64,000 nucleotides of DNA from Ruminococcus flavefaciens. GTDB taxonomy: Bacteria; Bacillota; Clostridia; Oscillospirales; Ruminococcaceae. Below the pieces are notes generated by a model. It did no database searches, was not told the DNA's origin, and saw only the letters and a program-made list of their open reading frames with translations. Below, piece by piece: positions 44,985-54,468 of this stretch (its first letter is position 1; each line of letters opens with the position of its first letter). The stretch spans positions 7,051 through 71,050 of the forward strand of contig SFMO01000143.1 in assembly GCA_004554385.1 (NCBI GenBank), read 5' to 3'. A program made the translations under genes and the position numbers.

Positions 44985-46553
44985 ATGAAAAAACTGGCTT
45001 CAATGCTGCTTTCCGCAGCTATAGGACTTACAGCCATCACCCCTGCGGCATTCGGCAGACAGGAGAAAAAAGCAGAGGCGGCTGAGAAAGGCGGTCTGGT
45101 GCTCTTCGGTGACAGTATCGCTTCAGGCGATACAAGAAACGGAAAGGTGGCTCATAACTACGGCGAGATCTGCGGCGATTACCTTGGCTGCAAGGTCAGC
45201 AACTATGCCGTTTCCGGACATACTACAGCAGACCTTATCAAGGATATTGACGGACTCAGCGCAGAGCAGAAGAAAAACGTAGCAGATGCAGAGGTCATCG
45301 TTATCTCTGTGGGCGGAAACGATATAATGAAGTTCGCTTCAAAAAAGCTCATTCAGTATGCTGCAAACAAGGGATTTCTCAATGACGGCTATACCAGGGA
45401 GAATATTCCTTCCGATCCGACTATCACAGATATGATGAATATCGTAAAGCTGAAGGGAGACGGAAGCCTTGCTGAATATGCATCAAAGGGATTGTCACAG
45501 GCAGTTGAAGTCAACAGTCAGCTCGCCGGCATCACTGCAGATCTGTGTTCGACCGCAGATGACCACGATGGCTACATCGACAATGTTATGATGCCAAACA
45601 TAAAGACTGCGGTAACCAAGCTCAAGGCTATATCACCTGATTCAAGGATAATGATACAGAATATCTACCAGCCGGTTGAGCTTGATCCTTCCTATGTTGA
45701 AACGAATTACGGAAAGGGCTCGGGCAAGGCAACGGTTATCAATACTGTAAGATCAAGACTTGAATTCATTATGACTTACTATGATACAAAGCTCAATATG
45801 GAAGGCTATGACGTAGTAGACGTAAAATCGCTGTTTACCTCGAATAACGGAATACTTTCCGCTTCAAATCCCGGTAACGCAAATTACTTTGTTGATATAC
45901 AGACAGGCAGCCTCTCTACAGGTGATGTTCACCCGAATCAGAAGGGACACCTTGCCATTGCAACAGCTGTACTTGAGAAGATAAACAAGCTCCACAACGA
46001 TAACGGTCTTCTGAGGAAGACATATAATGGTCTCAGCGACAAGAACAAGTATCCTGCAATTGCGCTGAATACTTTCAAGAAAGTAGCCGGAGAGGATCCG
46101 ACTCTGACAACTACTTCTACAACTGTCACTACAACAACTACCACAAAGAAGACAACAACTACTACAACTACATCGACAACTACTACAACAAAGAAGCCAA
46201 CGACAACTACTACCGTCAAGGTCACTACAACTACAAAAAAGACAACAGTAACTGCTACAACCACAAAGCCTGTTACAACGACTACTCAGCCTGTCAAGAC
46301 GATCTCTCTCGGTGATGTGGACGAAAACAAGACTGTCAATGCAGTTGACGCTTCATATGTTCTTGAGGAATATGCAAATAATTCCATAAATAAACCGTCG
46401 GCATTCAGCAGCGCACAGAAAACTGCGGCAGATGTTAACAAGGACAAAAATATAAACGCTATTGACGCTTCGTATATCCTTTCCTACTACGCATATAATT
46501 CCATCACCTCAAATCCGAAAAAGACCTTTGAGGAATATTTAAAGACAGCATAA
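44985..46553 (+). CDS. Secreted SGNH/GDSL esterase with Thr/Lys linker and C-terminal dockerin
   Basis: FGDSI, SG, GGND and DVHPN blocks; dockerin GDVDENKTVNAVDAS...DVNKDKNINAIDAS. Confidence 0.92.
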   Translation: MKKLASMLLSAAIGLTAITPAAFGRQEKKAEAAEKGGLVLFGDSIASGDTRNGKVAHNYGEICGDYLGCKVSNYAVSGHTTADLIKDIDGLSAEQKKNVADAEVIVISVGGNDIMKFASKKLIQYAANKGFLNDGYTRENIPSDPTITDMMNIVKLKGDGSLAEYASKGLSQAVEVNSQLAGITADLCSTADDHDGYIDNVMMPNIKTAVTKLKAISPDSRIMIQNIYQPVELDPSYVETNYGKGSGKATVINTVRSRLEFIMTYYDTKLNMEGYDVVDVKSLFTSNNGILSASNPGNANYFVDIQTGSLSTGDVHPNQKGHLAIATAVLEKINKLHNDNGLLRKTYNGLSDKNKYPAIALNTFKKVAGEDPTLTTTSTTVTTTTTTKKTTTTTTTSTTTTTKKPTTTTTVKVTTTTKKTTVTATTTKPVTTTTQPVKTISLGDVDENKTVNAVDASYVLEEYANNSINKPSAFSSAQKTAADVNKDKNINAIDASYILSYYAYNSITSNPKKTFEEYLKTA

Positions 46554-46604
46554 ATCACAGCGGACAGCTAATAACTGTCCGCTGATTGCATAAGGAGAAA
46601 AGCT

Positions 46605-47528
46605 ATGAAAAAGATGTATTTTGTCGTCAATCTTGTGGCAGGAAAGGCTGTAATAAACAAAAAGCTGGGCAAGATAACAGACGAGTTCGTAAAAGAGGGC
46701 TATGAGGTGACTGTCCATACCACCCAGAGCGGCGATGACGCCGTGGAGCAGGCTGTCTATGCCTGCGAAAAGGGATATGACCTGCTGGTAGTGGCTGGCG
46801 GCGACGGTACCCTCAGTCAGTGCCTTCAGGGAGTGATGGGCTGCGAAAAGCGTATACCAATAGGCTATGTGCCTGCAGGCTCTACCAATGATTTTGCGAA
46901 AAGTCTTGGCATCCCCTCGGACCAGATAAAGGCTGCAAAGGTCATCACCCACGGCAAGCCTGCTCTCTGTGACGTCGGCGGCTTCAATGACGGTTATTTT
47001 TCCTATGTTGCAGCCTTCGGAGCTTTTACAAATATCACCTATGAGACTTCACAGAAGGTAAAGAACGTTTTCGGCCATGCGGCTTATATCGCAGACGGAG
47101 CTGCTCATCTCGGCAGCATAAAAGCGAAGCCCATGCGCATAGAGTATGAGGGAAATACTATCGAGGGCGACTTTGTTTACGGCATGGTGACCAATACTGC
47201 TTCCGTGGCAGGTATGATCAATATGAAGAATTTCCTGCTTGATGACGGTATCTTTGAGGTGACTCTCATCAGGAAGCCAAAGAACGCCGCGGAGCTTGGC
47301 AGGACAGCTGTTGCTCTCCTCAAAAACGACATGACGGACAAGAATATAGTTTTCTTCCGCACAAATGATGTGACTATTACGAACCTTTCAGACAAGCCGT
47401 TTTCATGGACAAGAGACGGCGAATACGGCGGCGAGGAGATTGTTAACCGCATCTGCTGCCATAAAAAGGCTGTTCCGTTCATGGTGCGCGGAAAGAATCG
47501 ACTTCCCTTTGAAAAGGATAAGAAATGA
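46605..47528 (+). CDS. Diacylglycerol kinase family lipid kinase (YegS/BmrU)
   Basis: N.VAG, GGDGT, PAGSTNDFA, DDG.F, DGE. Confidence 0.93.
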   Translation: MKKMYFVVNLVAGKAVINKKLGKITDEFVKEGYEVTVHTTQSGDDAVEQAVYACEKGYDLLVVAGGDGTLSQCLQGVMGCEKRIPIGYVPAGSTNDFAKSLGIPSDQIKAAKVITHGKPALCDVGGFNDGYFSYVAAFGAFTNITYETSQKVKNVFGHAAYIADGAAHLGSIKAKPMRIEYEGNTIEGDFVYGMVTNTASVAGMINMKNFLLDDGIFEVTLIRKPKNAAELGRTAVALLKNDMTDKNIVFFRTNDVTITNLSDKPFSWTRDGEYGGEEIVNRICCHKKAVPFMVRGKNRLPFEKDKK

Positions 47529-48508
47529 AAAAAATATACGGTAACAAACAGCTCCTTGATGCTCTTGCAGGAATGAGAGCAAGCGGCAGGACTGCACATG
47601 CGCTGATGATATGCGGCGAAAAGGGCAGCGGCAGAAAGCTCATCGCAAAGTACTACGCTCAGTCCCTGATGTGTGAGGCTCCCGAAAACGGCAGACCATG
47701 CGGAGTCTGCAACGCATGCAGAAACGTGGAGAAGGGGATACACCCTGATGTGATATATCCCGAAAAGTCGGGAAAGCTTGGAAACTATAAAATCGAAACT
47801 GCCCGTGAGGTCATAGCTGATGCCTATGTGAAACCTAATAACAGCAGCGGCTGCAAGGTGTATATCTTTGCGGACTGCAGCCATGTTCAGGCACCGACTC
47901 AGAATGCGCTGCTTAAGCTCATTGAAGAGCCACCCGAATATGCTTATTTTATATTTACCTGCGGCTCAAAGTCTGAATTCCTGCCAACTATTATATCCCG
48001 ATGCGTGTGCTTCAGCACCTCGCTGTGCACCGAGGAAGAGGCGGCGGAGTCCCTTGGAGAAAGCGGATTTGCTGCAAATGACATACAAAAAGCAATAAGC
48101 TGCTTTCACGGGAATATCGGTATGTGCGAGAGCTATATCACCGATGAGGAACTGAGAGCACGTGTGGATTTGACAAAATCCCTTGCCGATAGTATAATAA
48201 GGAAAGATGAGTACGCTCTCAGTGTAGGACTTTTCTCTTTAGGACGAGAGAGAGATGATGTCAGAGAGGTGCTTTCAATGCTTGACAAGCTTTTCCGTGA
48301 TGCCGCAGTTCTTGCAAAGGACAGCAGTGCAGAGACAATAGGCTGTTCCCGTGAGGGAGCAGCAGCTCTTTCACGTTCCGTAACGGCTTATCAGTCCGCA
48401 AGGATACACTCGCTTATTGAAAAGGCATGGGGCGCGGTCGAGAGCAATGTCGGCATACCGCTGGCGCTTACGGCGCTGGGGGCTGAGATAATGGAAATAG
48501 TCGGATAA
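47525..48508 (+). CDS. holB: DNA polymerase III delta-prime subunit
   Basis: HALMICG.KGSG, C..PCG.C..C, HPD, QNALLK.IEEPP, LPTIISRC; upstream of yaaT. Confidence 0.9.
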   Translation: MKKIYGNKQLLDALAGMRASGRTAHALMICGEKGSGRKLIAKYYAQSLMCEAPENGRPCGVCNACRNVEKGIHPDVIYPEKSGKLGNYKIETAREVIADAYVKPNNSSGCKVYIFADCSHVQAPTQNALLKLIEEPPEYAYFIFTCGSKSEFLPTIISRCVCFSTSLCTEEEAAESLGESGFAANDIQKAISCFHGNIGMCESYITDEELRARVDLTKSLADSIIRKDEYALSVGLFSLGRERDDVREVLSMLDKLFRDAAVLAKDSSAETIGCSREGAAALSRSVTAYQSARIHSLIEKAWGAVESNVGIPLALTALGAEIMEIVG

Positions 48509-48530
48509 ACGGCTTTAGATAGGAGTTTCT

Positions 48531-49397
48531 ATGAAGGAAATAGTCGGAGTACGCTTCAAGAGCGTAGGAAAAATATACTACTTTTCACCGGGAGATATAA
48601 ACGCAAAGGTGGGCGACCGTGCCATCGTTGAGACAGTGCGCGGCGTTGAGTGCGGAGAGGTAGTCATTGCCAACCGTCAGATAGACGATGAGGAGATAAA
48701 TTCACCTCTCAAGCCTATAATCAGACTGGCTGACGAGAATGACCTCAAGACTGTGGAGAAGAACAAACAGCGTGAAAAGGACGCTTTCAGGATATGCGAG
48801 GAAAAGATAGCATTCCGTAAGCTGAATATGAAGCTGGTGGACGTTGAGTGCACCTTTGACAACAACAAGCTGCTCTTTTACTTTACAGCCGAGAATCGTG
48901 TAGACTTCCGCGAGCTGGTAAAGGACCTTGCTGCTGTGTTCAGAACAAGAATAGAACTGCGTCAGATAGGTGTCCGCGACGAGGCAAAGATACTCGGCGG
49001 ACTTGGCATCTGCGGAAGAGAGTTCTGCTGTAAGAGCTATATGGGCGATTTTCAGCCTGTTTCAATAAAAATGGCTAAGGAGCAGGGACTTTCCCTTAAT
49101 CCTACGAAGATTTCGGGAACCTGCGGCAGACTTATGTGCTGTCTCAAAAACGAGCAGAATGCATATGAGGCTCTGCTGAAGATAACTCCTAAGATGGGCG
49201 CAACTGTTATTACTCCCGACGGCGACAAGGGACGTGTTGAGGACGTAAACCTTATTACAGGCAAGCTCCGCGTCAAGACCGACAAGTCAGAGGTGCCTGT
49301 GACACTTGACAGAAGCGAGGTAAAGCTCCTTAAAGACGCCGAGATAAGAGTAAACAAGGAAGAGCTTAAAGCGCTTAAGAACCTTGAGGACAAGTAA
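48531..49397 (+). CDS. yaaT: PSP1/YaaT (RicT) stage 0 sporulation family protein
   Basis: RVDFRELVK.LA..FRTRIELRQIG.RDEAK, G.CGR..CC, CGRLMCCL. Confidence 0.95.
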   Translation: MKEIVGVRFKSVGKIYYFSPGDINAKVGDRAIVETVRGVECGEVVIANRQIDDEEINSPLKPIIRLADENDLKTVEKNKQREKDAFRICEEKIAFRKLNMKLVDVECTFDNNKLLFYFTAENRVDFRELVKDLAAVFRTRIELRQIGVRDEAKILGGLGICGREFCCKSYMGDFQPVSIKMAKEQGLSLNPTKISGTCGRLMCCLKNEQNAYEALLKITPKMGATVITPDGDKGRVEDVNLITGKLRVKTDKSEVPVTLDRSEVKLLKDAEIRVNKEELKALKNLEDK

Positions 49398-50008
49398 TGC
49401 CTCAGCAGCAGAAGATAAATTACGGCTTGCTTCTTGATAAGAAGATAGCCGAACTTGAAAAAAACGGCGAAAGACCGTCGCTCCTTCTCCATGCCTGCTG
49501 TGCGCCGTGCAGCAGCCACACCCTTACGGTGCTGGAGAAATACTTCCGCATCACGCTGTATTTCTGCAATCCGAATATAGCTCCCGAGGAAGAATTCACA
49601 TTCAGATATGAGGAGCTTAAACGGCTTGTGAGCGAAATGGGACTGGATATACCCATTATCGAGGAGCCTTACGACCCTGCGCCTTTTTATGAGTTGGCAA
49701 AGGGACTCGAAGACCTTCCCGAGCGCGGAGAGCGCTGCCAAAAGTGCATAGAGTACCGCCTGCGAAAGGCAGGGGCAAAGGCAAAGGAGCTTTCATGCGA
49801 ATTTTTCACGACCACTCTCACGATAAGTCCCCATAAGGACTGCACTTTCATAAACGAGTGCGGCGGACGTTTGCAGCAGGAGATAGGTGTACCCTATCTT
49901 TTCTCTGATTTCAAGAAGCACGAAGGCTATAAGCACTCTATTGAGCTGTCGAAGCAGTATGATTTGTACAGGCAGAACTACTGCGGCTGCGTTTACAGTA
50001 AAAGGTAG
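49397..50008 (+). CDS. queH: Epoxyqueuosine reductase QueH
   Basis: LLLHACCAPCS, NPNI, ERC..C, ISPHK, YRQNYCGC. Confidence 0.93.
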   Translation: MPQQQKINYGLLLDKKIAELEKNGERPSLLLHACCAPCSSHTLTVLEKYFRITLYFCNPNIAPEEEFTFRYEELKRLVSEMGLDIPIIEEPYDPAPFYELAKGLEDLPERGERCQKCIEYRLRKAGAKAKELSCEFFTTTLTISPHKDCTFINECGGRLQQEIGVPYLFSDFKKHEGYKHSIELSKQYDLYRQNYCGCVYSKR

Positions 50009-50104
50009 GGGACGCCGTCCTCGACGTCCCAAAGCCGTCAGCTATGTAGGAACTGGCGTTCCTGATACCCCAAACGTACTGTAGGGGCGGATATTATCTA
50101 CCCG
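50005..50104 (+). repeat. Cluster of three GTAG REP-like palindromes
   Basis: 50005-50030, 50046-50070 (degenerate) and 50081-50104; the first supplies the queH TAG stop. Confidence 0.85.
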
Positions 50105-50128
50105 AATATTCAGCTTATGGTGATCTTA

Positions 50129-50362
50129 ATGAATAATAATATTTATATTGAATATATTAAATATGCTGCGTTATTTATCGGCTTTTCTATAATATATTTA
50201 GGCATATATTACCTTTGCGCAAAGGCAAAAATCAGAAATGCAGAGAAAAAAGGAACAAAGCCTGAATTGAGGCGTTTAAGACTGAGCTTTTTCGTTATAT
50301 GGCTGGTTTTACTGCTTTTATTTGTTTGGTTTTGTCTTAATTATGTAGGTGTGCTGCTGTAA
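50129..50362 (+). CDS. Small AT-rich 2-TM hypothetical protein
   Basis: Two hydrophobic segments; GGTGA RBS; start could be 50117. Confidence 0.6.
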   Translation: MNNNIYIEYIKYAALFIGFSIIYLGIYYLCAKAKIRNAEKKGTKPELRRLRLSFFVIWLVLLLLFVWFCLNYVGVLL

Positions 50363-50451
50363 TATATTTTTACGATCATATGCGGATATTTTCTGCACGA
50401 ATGAGGCCTGTGTTTTAATAAAAGTATTAATATAAAGGTGGTGTAATAGAT

Positions 50452-51000
50452 ATGAAAAATGGACCCATGACTGCTTTGGCTTTCTTTTTAGTGCTTCTGA
50501 TTTTTGGACACACAGTTATGCTTGCTGTTCAGGTCATAAACGGCAGGCTTCTGCTGAGCAGAGCAAGAAAAAGCGGTGAGTCTGTTATAAAAGGTGTAAA
50601 TGCAATTTATAAGATGGTAAATTATATAGCAGCCATTGCCGCAGAGTTGTTTTTTACAGGTGCTATCGGTTGGATCATTTTCAGATATAAAATGGATACT
50701 GTTTCCGGTTTGCTTATCTGGACGATAGCATTGTCCCTCGGCTTGAGTACGGTCATACATATCATTGCCCTGTTCACAGAGAAGAATGTATATCTGACCC
50801 CAAGCGGACTTATTTATTTTCTGGGCAGATTTAAGTTTGCGGACTGCCGTTTTTCATGGGACAGCTCCGATACCGCTGATTCTTTGTCGGACAAGCTCTA
50901 CGTATACAAGAAAAAGGATAAATTCCCGTTTGTAGCCTCTTTTGAGGACAGAGAAACAGCTCACAGGATAGTGAAAGAAAATTCTGTAAAACAGCAGTAG
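50452..51000 (+). CDS. Hypothetical membrane protein (3 TM plus soluble C-terminus)
   Basis: RBS AAGGTGG; hydrophobic segments. Confidence 0.7.
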   Translation: MKNGPMTALAFFLVLLIFGHTVMLAVQVINGRLLLSRARKSGESVIKGVNAIYKMVNYIAAIAAELFFTGAIGWIIFRYKMDTVSGLLIWTIALSLGLSTVIHIIALFTEKNVYLTPSGLIYFLGRFKFADCRFSWDSSDTADSLSDKLYVYKKKDKFPFVASFEDRETAHRIVKENSVKQQ

Positions 51001-51013
51001 GAGATAATTTACA

Positions 51014-51490
51014 ATGGGTAAAGAATTAAAAACCAACGCAATGCGTTTTCTTGATAAAAGCAAGATCGAATACACCGTGCAGACCTACGAGTGCGACGAG
51101 TTCATCGACGGCATACACACCGCCGAAAAGCTTGGACAGCCCCTTGACGAGACTTTCAAGACCTTAGTTGCGCAGGGTAAGAGCGGCAGCTTTTACTGCT
51201 TTCTTATCCCCGTTGCACTGGAGCTTGATATGAAAAAAGCTGCAAAGAGCGTGGGCGAAAAGTCGGTAGAGCTTCTTCACGTCAAGGACATTACAGCTGT
51301 AACAGGCTATGTACGCGGCGGCTGTACGCCTATCGGAATGAAAAAGCAGTTTATGACCGTTGTGCATGAGAGCGCGGCAGAGCTTCCGCAGTTCTACATA
51401 AGCGGCGGACGCATCGGCGTACAGATACATCTTTCTCCGCAGGAGCTTGTAAAGGCAATACGCGGAAAATTTGAGGATATTATCCTTTGA
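51014..51490 (+). CDS. ybaK: Cys-tRNA(Pro) deacylase
   Basis: KTNAMRFLD, FKTLV, TGYVRGGCTP.G, ISGG. Confidence 0.93.
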   Translation: MGKELKTNAMRFLDKSKIEYTVQTYECDEFIDGIHTAEKLGQPLDETFKTLVAQGKSGSFYCFLIPVALELDMKKAAKSVGEKSVELLHVKDITAVTGYVRGGCTPIGMKKQFMTVVHESAAELPQFYISGGRIGVQIHLSPQELVKAIRGKFEDIIL

Positions 51491-51528
51491 CAAACAGCCA
51501 TTTGGGGCTGTCGAAAGGGGGCGGCGAT

Positions 51529-53313
51529 ATGAAGGGCGATTTTTTAAATGAAAGGCTTTACAGTGTTGGCAGAGCAGTTGTGGACAGAAGCTTCCACACT
51601 CAGAGCGGCAATGAAGCCTTTTTTGCTTTTTTCGGCAACGATGTTACATACTCCATAAGGCGAACCATCTGCGATGAGGACTATCCGAGGATACTTGAAT
51701 GTATGGAAAATGCCTCGGTGGGAAATTTCCGCAGGACAGTTATCCGCATGAAGGGAGTCAGCGGCGAACTTCGTTGGATACTGGCCTCTGTGAGGCTTGT
51801 ACTGACCGAGGGCAGAGAGCCCCTGTACAGCATGAGCTTCAGTGATGTTTTCTCACTTGAATCCCTTGCCTACAGCCGTCAGCGCCAGCTTTCGGAGTAC
51901 CGCTATCTGCTCAGCCTCGTATCCGACCTTGCCTTTGAATACAGCTTCGAGACAAGGAAGATACGTATTTATATGTTCGACTGCTTCCGTGAGATAGTCC
52001 TTTTTGACGAGGAACTGGAACAGTGGCGGAAAAATGCCATAGATCAGGGATATGTCCTTACCAGATATATCGAGACCTTCAATGCATTGTGCAGGGATAT
52101 TCAAAGCGGAGTCTACCGATTTGACCATGAGCTTGAGACCTCTGTGCTCACCGAGGGCAAGACCAAGGAGTTCTGCCTTTTCCGCGGCATCACAAGGTAT
52201 GATGACCCTGACAGCCGCAAGGTGACGGGAATAGTTTCTGTTGTAAGCTCGCGGAGCGGCGGCAAGGAAGTGAACCTTGCTCTTGAAGCCAACAGGGACT
52301 CGCTTTCGGGACTACTCAATAAACGTGCTATTACTGCCTTTGCTCAGGAGATACTCGATGATGAGCCAAGACACAGCGTGAGCTTTGTTATACTTGATAT
52401 TGACGATTTTACCGACATAAACAACGGCTACGGACACCTTTTCGGCGACGAGGTGATATATACCGTCGCAAGAATAATCAAGACAGAGATAGGTTCACGG
52501 GGAATTGCAGGCAGAATAAGCGGCGGAGGTTTTCTCATCGTTCTTGAGGAGATACGGGACGAGGAGGACCTGCGAAGTGTGCTCCGTGCTATCAGGACCA
52601 ATATCGAGTTCTCCTTTGCAGACAGATTCGAGAAGTTCAGACTTACCTGTTCCATGGGTGTTTCTACCTATCCTATTGACAGCAGGGACTACGACGAGCT
52701 GTTCATGCAGGCGGATAAAGCGCTGTATATTGCTCAGGAAAAGGGACAGAACCGCTATGTTATCTATGACGTGGTAAAGCACGGACCGGTTCAGAAGGAC
52801 ATTGGCAACAGGATAGCTTTCCTGAGCAGCAAGAGCGAGTCCTCGGAAAAGCTGGGATTTGTAAGCGGACTTGCCGAAAGTCTCGTTCTCGGAAGGATCC
52901 CCGATATTTCCGTGCTTCTGGAGCAGGTGAGAGTACAGTTCGGACTTGATGATATATGCGTATTTTCGGGCAGTGATATGGGACTTATGCTGAGCTGTGG
53001 AAATGCAGCCTCAAAGAGTGCGGCATATCTCCTTGAAAACAGCTATACAGACCGATTTACAGGCGACGGCTTATTTGTTATCGACAACGTCAACGAGCTT
53101 GAAGGACGTGACGACAATGCCTTTGCGCAGCTTGTGGCACAGAATATCGGCGGAGCAGTTCAGTATCTCATCACAGAGGACGGTATGATAAAGGGAATGA
53201 TCTCCTTCTGTTATATCGATAGATTCAATAAATGGTCAGTGGCGGACATAAACTACTTCGCCATAATCGGCAGAGTTATTTCAGCCATACTCAAGAAGCA
53301 GGCGTTTATCTGA
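51529..53313 (+). CDS. GGDEF-domain protein with degenerate active site (SGGGF)
   Basis: DSLSGLLN, LDIDDF..IN..YGH..GD and ADKALY.A...G.N are present, but RISGGGF replaces RxGGDEF. Confidence 0.88.
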   Translation: MKGDFLNERLYSVGRAVVDRSFHTQSGNEAFFAFFGNDVTYSIRRTICDEDYPRILECMENASVGNFRRTVIRMKGVSGELRWILASVRLVLTEGREPLYSMSFSDVFSLESLAYSRQRQLSEYRYLLSLVSDLAFEYSFETRKIRIYMFDCFREIVLFDEELEQWRKNAIDQGYVLTRYIETFNALCRDIQSGVYRFDHELETSVLTEGKTKEFCLFRGITRYDDPDSRKVTGIVSVVSSRSGGKEVNLALEANRDSLSGLLNKRAITAFAQEILDDEPRHSVSFVILDIDDFTDINNGYGHLFGDEVIYTVARIIKTEIGSRGIAGRISGGGFLIVLEEIRDEEDLRSVLRAIRTNIEFSFADRFEKFRLTCSMGVSTYPIDSRDYDELFMQADKALYIAQEKGQNRYVIYDVVKHGPVQKDIGNRIAFLSSKSESSEKLGFVSGLAESLVLGRIPDISVLLEQVRVQFGLDDICVFSGSDMGLMLSCGNAASKSAAYLLENSYTDRFTGDGLFVIDNVNELEGRDDNAFAQLVAQNIGGAVQYLITEDGMIKGMISFCYIDRFNKWSVADINYFAIIGRVISAILKKQAFI

Positions 53314-53560
53314 CATTTTCTATGGACATTATCCACGAATAAGGGGCGGCGGATTTGTCTATTCCTACAAAGTTGTTTGAAAACTGCAACAAAATGCCGT
53401 TTAAGACACACTTATATAACAGAGACTTTTATTCGCACGTTATCTTCAAATATATTAAGGGGGTTATTATGGAAGAAGCATTGGCGGCTGTTTCAGCCAT
53501 AGTTCTGCTAATAGGCTGCTATGCAGGCTGCGGCAGAGGAAAAAAGAGGAAAAACTAAAA

Positions 53561-53587
53561 TTAGCACTCTCGCACAGAGAGTGCTAA
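53561..53587. promoter_or_regulatory. CIRCE element (HrcA operator)
   Basis: Perfect TTAGCACTC-N9-GAGTGCTAA. Confidence 0.95.
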
Positions 53588-53742
53588 TTTTCATTATACT
53601 GTCACATATCTTTGATATTCCTTTCAAAAAAGGGCTGTATAATATAGACAATGAAACGAAAGGAAGCGATACCGATGGAAAGTGCATATTATGAGGAAAA
53701 CTGCATAGGATAAATATGAAATATCAATTGGAGGTATGAATT

Positions 53743-54168
53743 ATGTATGGACTTACACCTTTCGGCGGCACAGGCTTCGGTCTGTGGGACGCATTCAATG
53801 ACTTTGACAATAATTTCTTTGGCAGCAGCATGCCGGTAAGCAGCTGCAAGACCGATATCCGCGATGACGGCGACAAGTACGTTCTCGAATCAGAGCTCCC
53901 GGGCTTTGAGAAGGAGGACATCAAGCTTGACCTCAGCGGAACACAGCTCACCATTGCTGCCGAGCACAGCACAAACAACGACGAAAAGGACGACAAGGGC
54001 AACTATATCCGCCGCGAGCGCACATTCGGCTCGTATAAGAGAAGCTTCGACATCAGCGATATCGATACAGAGGGGATCAATGCGGAGTACAAGAACGGTA
54101 TCCTGACCATTGAACTGCCGAAGAAAGCTCCCGAAGCTCCTGCCGCAAAGAGACTTGAAATAAAGTAA
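53743..54168 (+). CDS. Hsp20/alpha-crystallin small heat-shock protein
   Basis: TDIRD...ELPGF.KEDI, RRER.FGSY.RSF, A.YKNGILTI.LPK. Confidence 0.95.
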   Translation: MYGLTPFGGTGFGLWDAFNDFDNNFFGSSMPVSSCKTDIRDDGDKYVLESELPGFEKEDIKLDLSGTQLTIAAEHSTNNDEKDDKGNYIRRERTFGSYKRSFDISDIDTEGINAEYKNGILTIELPKKAPEAPAAKRLEIK

Positions 54169-54206
54169 GGCAAAGCCTGCCATAATATATAACACACTCA
54201 CATCTG

Positions 54207-54245
54207 AGCCATGAAGAAGCCATAATCTTCATGGCTGTTTTTTTT
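54207..54245 (+). terminator. Terminator after hsp20
   Basis: agccatgaaga-N8-tcttcatggct followed by a T-run. Confidence 0.85.
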
Positions 54246-54468
54246 GCCTGTCGTAGGGCAGCGGTAAACGGAAAACGCAGAAAGGTCCAGACTTGATAAG
54301 CTTGCAGAGGCATTTCACTTTAGGCAGGATTAACATTCCGCAGGGGGAAAAACCGTCGGAATGTACAAATCTAACTTTGGCAAAAAAATTATCTTCACTT
54401 TTCTCGCTAAATATGTTATAATACTATTATGAATATCCACTCAAAGGTTTTCGGAGGTGACCCTGTAA

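Noticed and set aside
54246..54360. GC-richer spacer between the hsp20 terminator and the HAD gene
   Set aside because: No recognisable RNA motif, stable nested structure or RBS-led ORF could be supported.
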